Source: an uncultured Candidatus Saccharibacteria bacterium (GTDB taxonomy: Bacteria > Patescibacteriota > Saccharimonadia > CAILAD01 > JADZBC01). Taken from it: DNA of 64,000 nucleotides. Shown one piece after another: positions 1 to 11,932 of the stretch. Location of the stretch: positions 1,750 to 65,749 of the forward strand of contig CAYPSN010000003.1 of the NCBI GenBank assembly GCA_964413715.1, read 5' to 3'. Below the pieces are notes generated by a model. It did not search any database and was not told where the DNA came from. It saw only the letters and a program-made list of their open reading frames with translations. Within the stretch, counting starts at the first letter, position 1. Every line of letters begins with the position of its first letter. The position numbers were made by a program, and so were the translations under genes.

Positions 1-1883
1 TGGTTCCCGAAGGCAACAGCTACGTCCGCGATGCGGTCACGCTGGAGACCCTCGAGTACTGCATCCTGCTCGACGAGAACGGTCAGAAGCGCTACGTGCG
101 CGGACCGGCCGTGGTGTTCCCGAGCCCGACGGAGACGTTCAAGACGAACGACAGCCGTCAGCGGGTGTTCCGGGCCATCGAGCTCAACGAACAGTCGGGC
201 CTGTACGTGAAGGTCATCGCCGAGTACACGGAGGATGGGGAGACTCACCCCGTCGGCGAGGAGCTGTTCATCATGGGCAGCGAGCAGGCCATCTACTACC
301 CGCGGGCCGAGCACAGCATCATCACCTACGACGGGAGGCAGAAGCATCATGCCATCGCCATCCCCGCGGGTGAAGGTAGGTACGTCCTCAATCGGACCAC
401 CGGCCAGGTCAACCTGGTCAAGGGTCCGAAGATGTTCCTGCCCGACCCTCGCACGGAGGTGGTGGTCCGAAGGATCCTCGATCCGCACGACGTCCAGCTG
501 ATGTTCCCCGGCAACGATGAAGCACTGGAGGTCAATCGGCGCTACCAGCGCGAGAGCAGCACGCTGGAGGGTGGCGAGCACCTACTGAGCCGTGAGGCAG
601 TGCGGGGTTCGTCGTCCGACGTGTTGGGTTCGTTCGCTGCTGGCGACGAGGAGTTCGGGGGCGACACCATGTCGCGTGGTACCACCCACACCCCACCGCG
701 CACCATCACCCTCGACACCAAGTACGAGGGTGCGGTCGCGGTGCAGGTCTGGCCGGGCTACGCGATCCTCGTCACCAACAAGACGGGGGATCGTCGAGTC
801 GAGGTAGGGCCGAAGGTGGTCCTGATGGAGTACGACGAGACGATGATGGCGCTCGAGCTGTCCACGGGGCGGCCCAAGAGCGACCGGAACCTCCTGCGTA
901 CCGGTTACCTGAGGGTCGTCAACAACGTCGTCAGCGATCGGGTCACCGTCGAGACCAAGGACCTCGTCACTATCCAGGTGGAGCTGTCCTACCGGGTCAA
1001 CTTCGAGGGCGACTCGGCTCGCGAGCAGCAGCGCTGGTTCGACGTCGAGAACTACGTGCAGGTGCTGACGGATCACTGCCGTTCCCGGCTGCGCAACGTG
1101 GCCAAGCGGTACCAGATCCGTGAGTTCTACACGGAGATCATCGACATCATCCGCGACAGCCTCCTGGGTGTCGTGCCGGAGAGCGGCGGTTCCCGCGAGG
1201 GACTGAAGTTCGCCGAGAACGGCATGCGGGTGTACGACGTCGAGATCTTGGATGTGACGATCCAGGACCCCGAGGTGGAAGAGCTTCTCACCGATGCTCA
1301 GAGCTCGGCTCTGAGCGGAGCCATCCGCCTGTCGATGGCAGAGGAGGAGGCCGAGCGGACGAAGGCCACCGAGCAGCTCAATCGCCAGACCCTGACCGAG
1401 CAGCAGCTCACGACGGATCTGCGGGCCGAGCTGGCGTTGACGGCGACTCGTCAGCTGCTCGAGCAGCAACTCGCGGACATCGCGTCCGAACTCGACCAGC
1501 GCAAGGAGCGCGCCAAGGTGGAGGAGCATGACCTCAGGCAGGCTCGCAAGCGTTCGGATCAGGAGACCGAACTCCTCCGGGCTCGCAACGAGGCGGAGCT
1601 CGAGCGACTGCGTGTCGAGACCGAGCTCATGTTGTCCCGTCTCGACAAGGTCCAGCCGGGCCTGATCGAGGCGCTGACGTCGTTCGGTGACCGCCAGCTC
1701 GCTCAGCAGATCGTCACGGCCATCGGCCCGGCGGCTCTCGCCGCCGGTCTGACGACCGCCGACATGCTGAGCAGCGTGTTCGAAGGCACCCCGCTTGCGG
1801 GTGTCATCAGCGCGTTCGCTGAGCGGCCGCTGGCCAACGGCAACGGGTCTCGTCCGGCACTCACGGGCGCCGGACCGGACTGA
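1..1883 (+). CDS. Major vault protein (MVP)-like protein, 5'-truncated at the window edge; lies in a high-GC cassette
   Basis: The reading frame is open from nt 3 with no upstream stop, so the gene starts outside the window. GC is ~67% against a ~45% backbone. The protein is colinear with the eukaryotic MVP shoulder, cap-helix and cap-ring regions as recalled from memory. Examples are VEVGPKVVLMEYDETMMALELSTGRPK against human [27 protein letters not shown], and RWFDVENYVQVLTDHCRSRLRNVAKRYQIREFYTEIIDIIR against [41 protein letters not shown]. A long E/R/Q/L coiled coil follows, then an AIGPxxL...G C-terminus. Confidence 0.6.
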   Translation, partial: VPEGNSYVRDAVTLETLEYCILLDENGQKRYVRGPAVVFPSPTETFKTNDSRQRVFRAIELNEQSGLYVKVIAEYTEDGETHPVGEELFIMGSEQAIYYPRAEHSIITYDGRQKHHAIAIPAGEGRYVLNRTTGQVNLVKGPKMFLPDPRTEVVVRRILDPHDVQLMFPGNDEALEVNRRYQRESSTLEGGEHLLSREAVRGSSSDVLGSFAAGDEEFGGDTMSRGTTHTPPRTITLDTKYEGAVAVQVWPGYAILVTNKTGDRRVEVGPKVVLMEYDETMMALELSTGRPKSDRNLLRTGYLRVVNNVVSDRVTVETKDLVTIQVELSYRVNFEGDSAREQQRWFDVENYVQVLTDHCRSRLRNVAKRYQIREFYTEIIDIIRDSLLGVVPESGGSREGLKFAENGMRVYDVEILDVTIQDPEVEELLTDAQSSALSGAIRLSMAEEEAERTKATEQLNRQTLTEQQLTTDLRAELALTATRQLLEQQLADIASELDQRKERAKVEEHDLRQARKRSDQETELLRARNEAELERLRVETELMLSRLDKVQPGLIEALTSFGDRQLAQQIVTAIGPAALAAGLTTADMLSSVFEGTPLAGVISAFAERPLANGNGSRPALTGAGPD

Positions 1884-1910
1884 GCAGCTACCGCTGCAAC
1901 AAGGGTGACG

Positions 1911-1939
1911 ACCTACGTCATGGGGCCCAGGAGAAATCC
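1911..1939 (+). terminator. GC-rich hairpin terminator downstream of the MVP-like gene
   Basis: tggggcccagg-agaaat-cctgggcccca forms a perfect 11-bp stem just 3' of the stop. It lies at the switch from high-GC to low-GC sequence. Confidence 0.5.
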
Positions 1940-2039
1940 TGGGCCCCATTACATTTTCCGAACAATTGCCTGAACTTGGAGATACTCCTTGGTTTATCAA
2001 CTTATGCTGTATAATGTATTTGATAAGTATGGAGTAGAT

Positions 2040-2609
2040 ATGAGTATTGGATTGATAATTTTACTAGTTGTGGTCGTGCTGGCTATTTGGCTATGGGCTA
2101 CGTATAACGGTTTAGTTAAAGCCAAATTGCGCACCGATGAAGCTTTTAGCGACATTACTGTGCAGATGAAACGCCGGTTTGACCTAATTCCAAATCTAAT
2201 CGAAACGGTTAAGGGTTACGCCAAGCAAGAAAAAACCGTACTCGAGGAAGTAACTAAGGCGCGCACTGCTGCCATGAATGCTCCAGAGGGCGATGCGGCA
2301 GCAATGGCCAAGGCCGACAATGCCTTGAGCGGCACGCTGAAGAGCCTCTTTGCAGTAAGTGAAAATTACCCTGATCTAAAGAGTAACCAGAACTTCCAGC
2401 AGCTTCAGGAAGAATTGGTAGATACCGAAGATAAAATCCAAGCATCGCGCAGGTTTTATAACGGCAATGTGCGCGATCTAAACACAAAACTCCAGGTGTT
2501 CCCGACCAACATGATTGGTGGTGCGCTCGGCTTTAAGTCACGTGAGTTCTTTGATGTTGATGCTGGTGAAAAGGATAAAGTAGACAAGCCAGTCGACGTT
2601 AAGTTCTGA
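2040..2609 (+). CDS. lemA: LemA family membrane protein
   Basis: A GGAG lies 5 nt upstream of the ATG at 2040. An N-terminal TM segment (IGLIILLVVVVLAIWLW) is followed by a LemA-like soluble domain. The adjacent htpX gene is the common lemA-htpX pair. The ORF-track start at 1989 lacks an RBS. Confidence 0.7.
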   Translation: MSIGLIILLVVVVLAIWLWATYNGLVKAKLRTDEAFSDITVQMKRRFDLIPNLIETVKGYAKQEKTVLEEVTKARTAAMNAPEGDAAAMAKADNALSGTLKSLFAVSENYPDLKSNQNFQQLQEELVDTEDKIQASRRFYNGNVRDLNTKLQVFPTNMIGGALGFKSREFFDVDAGEKDKVDKPVDVKF

Positions 2610-2701
2610 CGTTTTGAGTCCATCGGTATGGAACAGGCACCTCGCGGTGCCTGTTTTGTTATCAGATTTTATTCAGGTTTCTTGGTATAATATGACTAGA
2701 T

Positions 2702-3603
2702 ATGTATAGCTCAATTACCAAGAACAAACGCAATTCCTGGCTGCTGGTGGGTTGTTTTGTTATTCTCATAACCATTCTCGGCTGGGTCTTTGCACAGGCC
2801 TTTGGCGAAAGCTGGTTTTTGTATGGTGCGTTGATTTTTTCACTTGGCTACACGTTCATTAGTTACTTTTATTCTGACAAGATGATATTGGCCGTCTCGG
2901 GTGCCAAGGAAATTAAAAAGAAAGATGCGCCCGAGCTTTATAGGCTGGTGGAGAACTTATCAATTACAGCCGGCTTGCCAATGCCGAAGGTATACATTAT
3001 TCAAGACTCAGCGCCCAATGCCTTCGCTACAGGTCGTGACCCGCAGCATGCCATAGTAGCAGTTACCACGGGGCTGATGGATAAGCTTGAAAAAGTAGAA
3101 TTAGAAGGTGTGATAGCTCACGAGCTGAGTCATGTGGGCAATTACGATATTCGGCTAATGAGCCTAGTGGTGGTGTTAGTGTCAGTGGTGGCGCTTCTGA
3201 GCGACTGGTTTTTGCGCATGACAATATGGGGTAGAGATGACGACAGTAATGGCAATAGCCAATTTCAAATGATTATGCTGGCAGCCGGTATTGCCCTTGC
3301 TATTCTGGCGCCAATTATCGGCTCAATGCTGCAGTTGGCGGTGAGTCGAAAAAGAGAATACTTGGCTGACGCCTCGGGAGCTCTGCTTACCCGCTACCCC
3401 GAAGGCTTGGCGCGGGCACTGGAAAAAATCGAAAAAGACACCGAACCACTCGAAGAAGCTAATAAAGCCACAGCCAACCTCTATATAATTAATCCGCTGC
3501 GGTCTAATATAAAAGGAGGTCGGAGTTGGTTTGCGGGGCTGTTTAGCACACACCCACCAACTGCCGAGCGAATTAAACGATTACGAGAAATGGGTACCAA
3601 GGC

Positions 3604-3607
<4 letters not shown>
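2702..3607 (+). CDS. htpX: Zinc metalloprotease HtpX (M48 family)
   Basis: HELSHV (HExxH) motif, multiple TM segments, HtpX-like N-terminus and C-terminal region; ~300 aa. Confidence 0.85.
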
Positions 3608-6337
<2,730 letters not shown>

Positions 6338-6338
6338 A

Positions 6339-6395
6339 AGAAAGAGACCCACAGAAGGAGTCGAGCGAAGGTTGCCCTTCTGGGGGTCTCTTTCT
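6339..6395. terminator. Long GC-rich hairpin serving ligA (+) and the high-GC cassette gene at 6420-6734 (-)
   Basis: aagaaagagacccacagaagg ... ccttctgggggtctctttct forms a ~20-bp stem with one mismatch and a 17-nt loop. Confidence 0.5.
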
Positions 6396-6419
6396 ATGGG
6401 TCTTGGTTCGGATCGGTGA

Positions 6420-6734
6420 CTAGTCGCCGAAGATCACCTCTCCGTTCAGCGCTGCGCGAGTCGCCTTGAAGTGGGGCCACCACGGCATGCGCTTGTCCTT
6501 TTCGAGGACACCTTCAGCCGGGTATTCGTCCCATGTGGGCGTCGTCGGGTTCCAGGTGCAGCCGACCATCAGCTTGAGGGTGCGGACTTCGCGCCCTCCT
6601 ACTGACCTCTTAACGACATCATAGACGCCGATGGTGAACACATCACGACGGGTTTCGTCTCGCCCGATAGCTGTCTCCGCTCTCACGATGAGACAGTCGC
6701 CCTTCTCAAGCCGGGCCATATCGATGGTGGCCAT
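6420..6734 (-). CDS. Hypothetical 104-aa protein (high-GC cassette, partner of the serpin-like gene)
   Basis: Start ATG (MATIDMARLEKG...) sits 5 nt after GGAAGGAGGTGG. A sigma70-like promoter (TTGACA-17-TAAAGT) lies directly upstream on the minus strand. GC-rich codons. No family recognised (W/P-rich C-terminus TWNPTTPTWDEYPAEG...MPWWPHF). Confidence 0.5.
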   Translation of the reverse strand: MATIDMARLEKGDCLIVRAETAIGRDETRRDVFTIGVYDVVKRSVGGREVRTLKLMVGCTWNPTTPTWDEYPAEGVLEKDKRMPWWPHFKATRAALNGEVIFGD

Positions 6735-6770
6735 CTGGACCACCTCCTTCCATAGGTAGGAATGTTGATA

Positions 6771-6799
6771 CTTTACAACAACATACAACATATGTCAAT
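6771..6799 (-). promoter_or_regulatory. Putative sigma70-type promoter for the 6420-6734 gene
   Basis: On the minus strand, TTGACA, a 17-nt spacer, then TAAAGT. The ATG is ~40 nt downstream and the SD is correctly placed. Confidence 0.35.
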
Positions 6800-6945
6800 G
6801 CAAGTCAGCTGGGTTTGGACTATTCCGCATAGACTATAGTCGAATCAAGGTTCTTTCCTATAGCAAGCTAAAAAGAATCAGACTCATAAGGGGGCTGAGT
6901 GAGGAACAGCCTAAATCTTCAATGTACTTGAAGACTTGGGTTGGT

Positions 6946-6977
6946 CCAGGACCGGCATCCGAAGATGCCGGTCCTGG
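6946..6977 (-). terminator. Hairpin terminator downstream of the serpin-like gene
   Basis: ccaggaccggcatc-cgaa-gatgccggtcctgg is a perfect 14-bp stem just 3' of the minus-strand stop at 6995. Confidence 0.5.
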
Positions 6978-6994
6978 CGGAACGAGCAGGAGGA

Positions 6995-7861
6995 TCAGAG
7001 GCTAGAGAGGTCGCCGGGGTCCTTCCAGTCTTCCTCGGTGATGTGCGCCTGGAAGATCGGGACGTCGACCTTGGGGTGTTCCATCCAGACGAGGAAGGGA
7101 CGGTCGACGCGGTAGATCTCCAGTCGGGGACCGGCACCGCGGAAGACCACTCCCAGAGCGGTTGCTTCCTTGGCACGTGCTCCGTGCTGGTTCATGCCGA
7201 ACTTGACCTGCTGCAGCGCTTGTTCGATGTACCACGGTCCGCTGTGCAGCGCGCCGTTCTCCGGATCGACCAGCCACTTCAGATCCGGTTTCTGATCGAG
7301 CTTGACCATCGGGATGATCACCCTGTCGATCTTCTTTCCGGCACGCATGGGCTTCTTGCGCAGCTTCTCGACGGCCTTGATCAGCTTGAACTGGCCGCCG
7401 GGATCGGGAGCCACGCAGATGAAGACCGTCTCGTCGCCCTTGGTGCTGAGCTTGATGATCGGTTCCTCGCTGCCCTCGACCCACAGGATCTCGAACCTCT
7501 TGGAGGAGAAGGCCGGGTAGCTGACGTCACCGACGTGCAGCTGCGTCTCGTCGCCGCTCTCCGGCCACTCGACGAAGATGTCGTTGATGGAGACGGTCCC
7601 GAACTTGGTGGGGTCGTTCCCCCACGAGTTGAGCCGGATGTCGAAGCCGTTCTCGGCCAGGATGGCGTTGATCTCCTCGGCCGTGCGCTTGGCCCAGCTC
7701 TTGAGGCTGGGCATGTGCTTGATGGACTCGGCGTAGCGGCCGTACCGCTTGAGCAGTCTGCGCTGCTCCCTGTTCGAGGCCTCCCAGTTGAGGGGGCCGA
7801 TGAACTCGCCGGCTGCCTCGAGGGCTCCGACGAGGGTGGCCAGACTGAAGCTGGTGGTCAC
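6995..7861 (-). CDS. Short serpin-like protein (C-terminal serpin signature; ~80-100 aa shorter than canonical serpins)
   Basis: GTG start 5 nt after AGGAGGAA. High GC. The C-terminus carries the serpin signature and hinge: KEATALGVVFRGAG (hinge-like), YRVDRPFLVWM (fits the remembered PROSITE serpin pattern), then PKVDVPIFQAHI. Earlier blocks (ETVFICVAPDPGGQ, VIIPMVKL) parallel serpin strand motifs. The upstream sequence is low-GC backbone, so the ORF cannot extend further. Confidence 0.5.
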   Translation of the reverse strand: MTTSFSLATLVGALEAAGEFIGPLNWEASNREQRRLLKRYGRYAESIKHMPSLKSWAKRTAEEINAILAENGFDIRLNSWGNDPTKFGTVSINDIFVEWPESGDETQLHVGDVSYPAFSSKRFEILWVEGSEEPIIKLSTKGDETVFICVAPDPGGQFKLIKAVEKLRKKPMRAGKKIDRVIIPMVKLDQKPDLKWLVDPENGALHSGPWYIEQALQQVKFGMNQHGARAKEATALGVVFRGAGPRLEIYRVDRPFLVWMEHPKVDVPIFQAHITEEDWKDPGDLSSL

Positions 7862-8000
7862 GATTCCTCCTGCTGTTGGATGTACGGAACAACAAAAGGG
7901 CATAAAGCCCTCTGCATAAACAATACTTTATAATAAAACAATAAAAAAGTCAATATAACCAGCTACACATTCGTCCTACTGGCTGGTAAACTAATACTAT

Positions 8001-8300
8001 ATGGCGAAAGATAAATTCAGTGTAAATGAAGTAGACAAGCTGGCTGACCTGGCTAGAATCGGCTTAAAAGATGAAGAGAGAACTGATTTAACCAAGAGCT
8101 TAACTTCGGTATTGGAGTTTGTAGATGCGCTTAATGCGGTAGATACAAAAGACGTGAAGCCGACCAGCCAAGTTACTGGGCTTCAGGACGTTCTGCGCGA
8201 AGACGAAGTTGTGCCCTGCAGCTTAAGTCGTGATGAGTTGCTCGCCAATGCACCAGCCGTGCAGGATGGCTATGTGAAGGTAAAGCGGGTGCTGCAGTAA
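8001..8300 (+). CDS. gatC: Asp-tRNA(Asn)/Glu-tRNA(Gln) amidotransferase subunit C
   Basis: 99 aa with GatC-like sequence; directly upstream of and overlapping gatA. Confidence 0.85.
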   Translation: MAKDKFSVNEVDKLADLARIGLKDEERTDLTKSLTSVLEFVDALNAVDTKDVKPTSQVTGLQDVLREDEVVPCSLSRDELLANAPAVQDGYVKVKRVLQ

Positions 8301-9751
8301 TGGGCATGCGCTACATATCTATTCACGAAGCTCACGATGCTTTGGTCTCCAAGCAGGTTTCTGCGGTCGAGCTCGTGCAATATTATCTGGAGCGCATTAA
8401 ACAGATCGACCCTAAAGTTCGAGCGTGCCTGAGCGTCTGTGGCGATGAAGCACTCGCTGCGGCAAAGGCTGTTGATAAGAAAATTGCATGCGGTGACGCA
8501 ATTGGTTTACTTGAAGGCATTCCATACACCGCCAAAGATATGTATTTGACCAAAGGTATTCGTACTACGGCGGCGAGTAAGATACTCGAAAATTTCATCC
8601 CGCCATATTCGGCAACAGTGATTGAGAAGCTTGATGCCGCTGGTGCGATTTTGATTGCCAAAGTGAATCATGATGAGTATGGCCATGGTGCAAGTACCGA
8701 AAACAGTGGCTATCATCCTACGCATAACCCATGGGATCTGGACAAAGTGCCTGGTGGATCGAGCGGTGGTTCGGCAGCGGCAGTTGCAGCTGACATGGGC
8801 ATATTCAGTCTCGGCACCGACACGGGTGGTTCGAGCCGGCAGCCGGCAGCCTTCTGTGGCGTTACTGGCTACAAGCCAACTTATGGCTTGATGAGTCGTT
8901 ATGGCGTGGTTGCTATGGGCAGTAGCTTTGACACGGTAGGAGTTATTGCTCGTAATGCGGAAGATGTGGCGGTAGTTACTGCGGCAATGAGCGGGCGAGA
9001 TAGCAAAGATGCGACCACGATTGAATCACAGTTTACTGGTGAAATTACTCACCAGTGGCAGGGCAAGACTATTGGCGTGATCGAAGAGTACGTTAAAAAT
9101 TTGGACGACGCAAATAAGCAGGTGTTTGATGCTGCAGTTGAGCAACTTGAGGCGCTTGGTGTGAAAGTAAAGAATGTTACGATCCCAACCATTGCCAATG
9201 CGTTACCGGCATATTACATTCTCATTCCTTCAGAAATTAGCTCTAATCTTAGTCGATACGACGGTATTCGCTATGGCCACCGCAGCGAACAGGCGCATGT
9301 GTTAATCGAAACGTATGAGAAAACGCGCGACGAAGGTTTTGGTGATGAAGTAAAGCGTCGTGTTCTGACGGGTACGTATACGCTTTCGGCGGGCTATTAT
9401 GATGCCTATTACCGCAAGGCTATGCAGCTTAGGACAATGTTGCGAGAGGATTTCGAAAAAGCATTCGATGGCGTGTCGGCTTTGATTGGCCCCACCACGC
9501 CTTCGCCAGCGTTCGGCTTTGGCGTTAATGAAGACCCTGTGTCGATGTACTTAGCCGACATTATGACCGTGGCGGCCAACTTGGTTGGCGTGCCCTCTGT
9601 TAGCGTACCGATGGGACTCGTTGATGGCCTGCCAGTTGGTTTGCAAATCATGACAGCGCAGAATAAAGATGCCGATGCTTTGGGCCTTGCGGCGGCTTTT
9701 CAAGCCGCAACTGAGTGGCATAACCTTAGAGAAAAGGAGTTGGCGATATGA
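8300..9751 (+). CDS. gatA: Glutamyl-tRNA(Gln) amidotransferase subunit A (amidase signature family)
   Basis: Amidase signature GGSSGGSAAAVA; 483 aa; gatCAB context. Confidence 0.9.
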   Translation: MGMRYISIHEAHDALVSKQVSAVELVQYYLERIKQIDPKVRACLSVCGDEALAAAKAVDKKIACGDAIGLLEGIPYTAKDMYLTKGIRTTAASKILENFIPPYSATVIEKLDAAGAILIAKVNHDEYGHGASTENSGYHPTHNPWDLDKVPGGSSGGSAAAVAADMGIFSLGTDTGGSSRQPAAFCGVTGYKPTYGLMSRYGVVAMGSSFDTVGVIARNAEDVAVVTAAMSGRDSKDATTIESQFTGEITHQWQGKTIGVIEEYVKNLDDANKQVFDAAVEQLEALGVKVKNVTIPTIANALPAYYILIPSEISSNLSRYDGIRYGHRSEQAHVLIETYEKTRDEGFGDEVKRRVLTGTYTLSAGYYDAYYRKAMQLRTMLREDFEKAFDGVSALIGPTTPSPAFGFGVNEDPVSMYLADIMTVAANLVGVPSVSVPMGLVDGLPVGLQIMTAQNKDADALGLAAAFQAATEWHNLREKELAI

Positions 9752-10203
9752 GTCAATCAGCCGTTATTGCCCTGATCGTTTTGAGTGGCTTGGCGTATGT
9801 GCTTATTCGACAGTCAGCCAAAACCAGCCTTAAGAAAAAACCATATCGTGGCATGAAAGTCGAAAGTCATGGCGAGGTTTATGATTTAGCGCGTGTTGCG
9901 CCAAAGTGGCACGAGATTCAAGCAATGCTCAAAAACGGCCCGAGCGGTCTGCGCAGCGCTTTGTTCGAAGCCGATAAATTGCTTGACTATGTTATGCAAG
10001 CACGGGGCTTTCAAGGTGAAACTATGGGAGAGCGGCTGAAAAATAATGGTAAAAGGCTCAGTAATCTGAACGACGTTTGGGCAGCGCATAAACTGCGCAA
10101 TCAGTTTGCACATAGTTTGGATCACGACATTGTGCCAGCACAGGTTCAGAAGGCAGTGCAAGACTTAGGTAAAGCAATTGTGAGTTTGGGGGTGCGGATA
10201 TGA
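9748..10203 (+). CDS. Hypothetical membrane-anchored protein inserted between gatA and gatB
   Basis: 151 aa with an N-terminal TM helix (VIALIVLSGLAYVLI). Its start overlaps the gatA stop and its stop overlaps the gatB start, both as ATGA. Confidence 0.5.
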   Translation: MSQSAVIALIVLSGLAYVLIRQSAKTSLKKKPYRGMKVESHGEVYDLARVAPKWHEIQAMLKNGPSGLRSALFEADKLLDYVMQARGFQGETMGERLKNNGKRLSNLNDVWAAHKLRNQFAHSLDHDIVPAQVQKAVQDLGKAIVSLGVRI

Positions 10204-11615
10204 GCGATTATAAGCCAACCATCGGCATTGAAATCCACGTGCAGCTGGCTACCAAATCAAAGATGTTCTGTGGCTGTGACAACGATTCACGAACTGCCGA
10301 GCCAAATACGAATATTTGCCCTGTCTGCATGGCCTACCCGGGTACGTTACCAGTTGTAAATAAGCGCGCTGTCGAACTAGCCATAAAGCTTGGCGAAGGT
10401 CTGAACGCCGAGATCGCTCGACATACGAGTTTTGATAGGAAAAACTACTTTTACCCCGACTCGCCCAAAGGCTATCAAATTACCCAGATGGACGAGCCGA
10501 TTATTGGCCCAGGCTACGTGGAAATCTTGGTTGGCGGCGAATTTAAGCGCATTGGCATTCATCACGCCCATTTAGAAGAAGATGCCGGTAAGTCGACACA
10601 TCCGGATGGTGCCAACTATTCATTGGTCGACTTTAATCGCGCTGGCACGCCGTTGATCGAAATTGTTTCGGAGCCAGACATGCATACGCCCGAAGAGGCC
10701 CGACGATACTTGCAGGAAGTCTACAATATTGCCTCGGCAATTGGTGTAACGCATGGTGATTTGGAGCATGGTAATTTTAAGTTCGACCTGAACGTGTCGG
10801 TTAGCAAAACTGACAAACTCGGTACGCGTACAGAGCTAAAAAACCTAAACTCATTCAGGAACGCCGAACGCGCGCTTTCGTACGAGATACAGCGCCAAAT
10901 TGATGTGCTGGAAAGTGGCGAAGTAGTGGAGCAAGAAACTCGAGGCTATAACGATGCAAAAAACATTACGTTTTCGCAGCGTGGCAAAGAAATGGCGCAT
11001 GATTATCGTTACTTCCCAGAGCCAGATTTGCCACCACTCGTAATTACAGACGCCATGATATCTGAAGCGAAGCAAGAGATTGTAACCCTGCCAATTGTGG
11101 TGCGCAAAGAGCTGGTTGATGCAGGTGTTGGTGTCGACGAACAAGATGTTCTGATTGGCCAACCAAGCACCCTTGCGTTATTTCAAGAAGCTCGCGAAAT
11201 CGTCAGAGACAAGGCGTTGACTTCGAAGCTCGTAAATTGGCTAGTGGGTGACTACCAGGCATTGCTTGGGAGCGGCGTAGCTTCAAAACTTAAGCCCCAG
11301 GCGCTCGCAGAACTCGTAAACTTAGTAGACATGGGCAAGATAAGTTCTAAAATAGCCAAGGATATATTTGCCGACGTTGTGGCTGGCGCAATGCCGCGAG
11401 AGGTTATTGCTGCCAAGGGCATTAGTCAGGTTTCGGACACTAACGAGCTGACGGCGATTGTGAAAAAAGTTATAGAAGAGAACCCTACCGTTGTGGAACA
11501 ATATAAGGCGGGTGAAGAAAAGGTGCTCGGCTTCTTGGTTGGTCAGATTATGAAGGCCACGCAGGGCCAGGCAAATCCTGGGCTTGTTAACCAGATTCTA
11601 CGCGAGCAGCTGTAA
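10200..11615 (+). CDS. gatB: Asp-tRNA(Asn)/Glu-tRNA(Gln) amidotransferase subunit B
   Basis: N-terminal IGIEIHVQL...KMFCGC motif and GatB/YqeY C-terminal domain; 471 aa. Confidence 0.9.
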   Translation: MSDYKPTIGIEIHVQLATKSKMFCGCDNDSRTAEPNTNICPVCMAYPGTLPVVNKRAVELAIKLGEGLNAEIARHTSFDRKNYFYPDSPKGYQITQMDEPIIGPGYVEILVGGEFKRIGIHHAHLEEDAGKSTHPDGANYSLVDFNRAGTPLIEIVSEPDMHTPEEARRYLQEVYNIASAIGVTHGDLEHGNFKFDLNVSVSKTDKLGTRTELKNLNSFRNAERALSYEIQRQIDVLESGEVVEQETRGYNDAKNITFSQRGKEMAHDYRYFPEPDLPPLVITDAMISEAKQEIVTLPIVVRKELVDAGVGVDEQDVLIGQPSTLALFQEAREIVRDKALTSKLVNWLVGDYQALLGSGVASKLKPQALAELVNLVDMGKISSKIAKDIFADVVAGAMPREVIAAKGISQVSDTNELTAIVKKVIEENPTVVEQYKAGEEKVLGFLVGQIMKATQGQANPGLVNQILREQL

Positions 11616-11671
11616 ACGTTTGGCAAGGCGACGCAGGAGTTCTATAATATTAGAGTAAAAAGAGAAGCAAT

Positions 11672-11932
11672 ATGGATACAGCATTCTTAGTGTGGGCAGT
11701 AGTCTTATCGATTGCGACGTTGGTGTTGCTCGTGTTGGCTATTATTGCCGCGGTGTTTAGTGTAAAAATACTCAAATCCGTACGTCATATCGCTGAAAAA
11801 GCACAGGAAAGTGCCGACGCGGTGACAGAAGTAGTCGAAGGTGTACGTGACAGCGTAGTGAGTCCTAGCATCGTAGCGGCGTTCATTAGCAATTACATTA
11901 ATAAACAGGCAAGTAAACGGAGGAAAAAATGA
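11672..11932 (+). CDS. Small membrane protein (hypothetical)
   Basis: 86 aa with a single TM helix; low-GC backbone; start of a three-gene small-protein cluster. Confidence 0.4.
   Translation: MDTAFLVWAVVLSIATLVLLVLAIIAAVFSVKILKSVRHIAEKAQESADAVTEVVEGVRDSVVSPSIVAAFISNYINKQASKRRKK

Noticed and set aside
582-2000. 472-aa minus-strand ORF antisense to the MVP-like gene
   Set aside because: It is a typical long shadow ORF of a high-GC coding region. It has no RBS, its composition is low-complexity R/G/L-rich, and the opposite strand carries a strongly supported MVP homolog.
6941-7933. 330-aa + ORF and the nested 160-aa and 122-aa minus-strand ORFs overlapping the serpin-like gene
   Set aside because: These are antisense or out-of-frame shadows inside a ~68% GC gene. 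They are R/G/P/D-rich with no start context, while the chosen frame shows serpin signature motifs.
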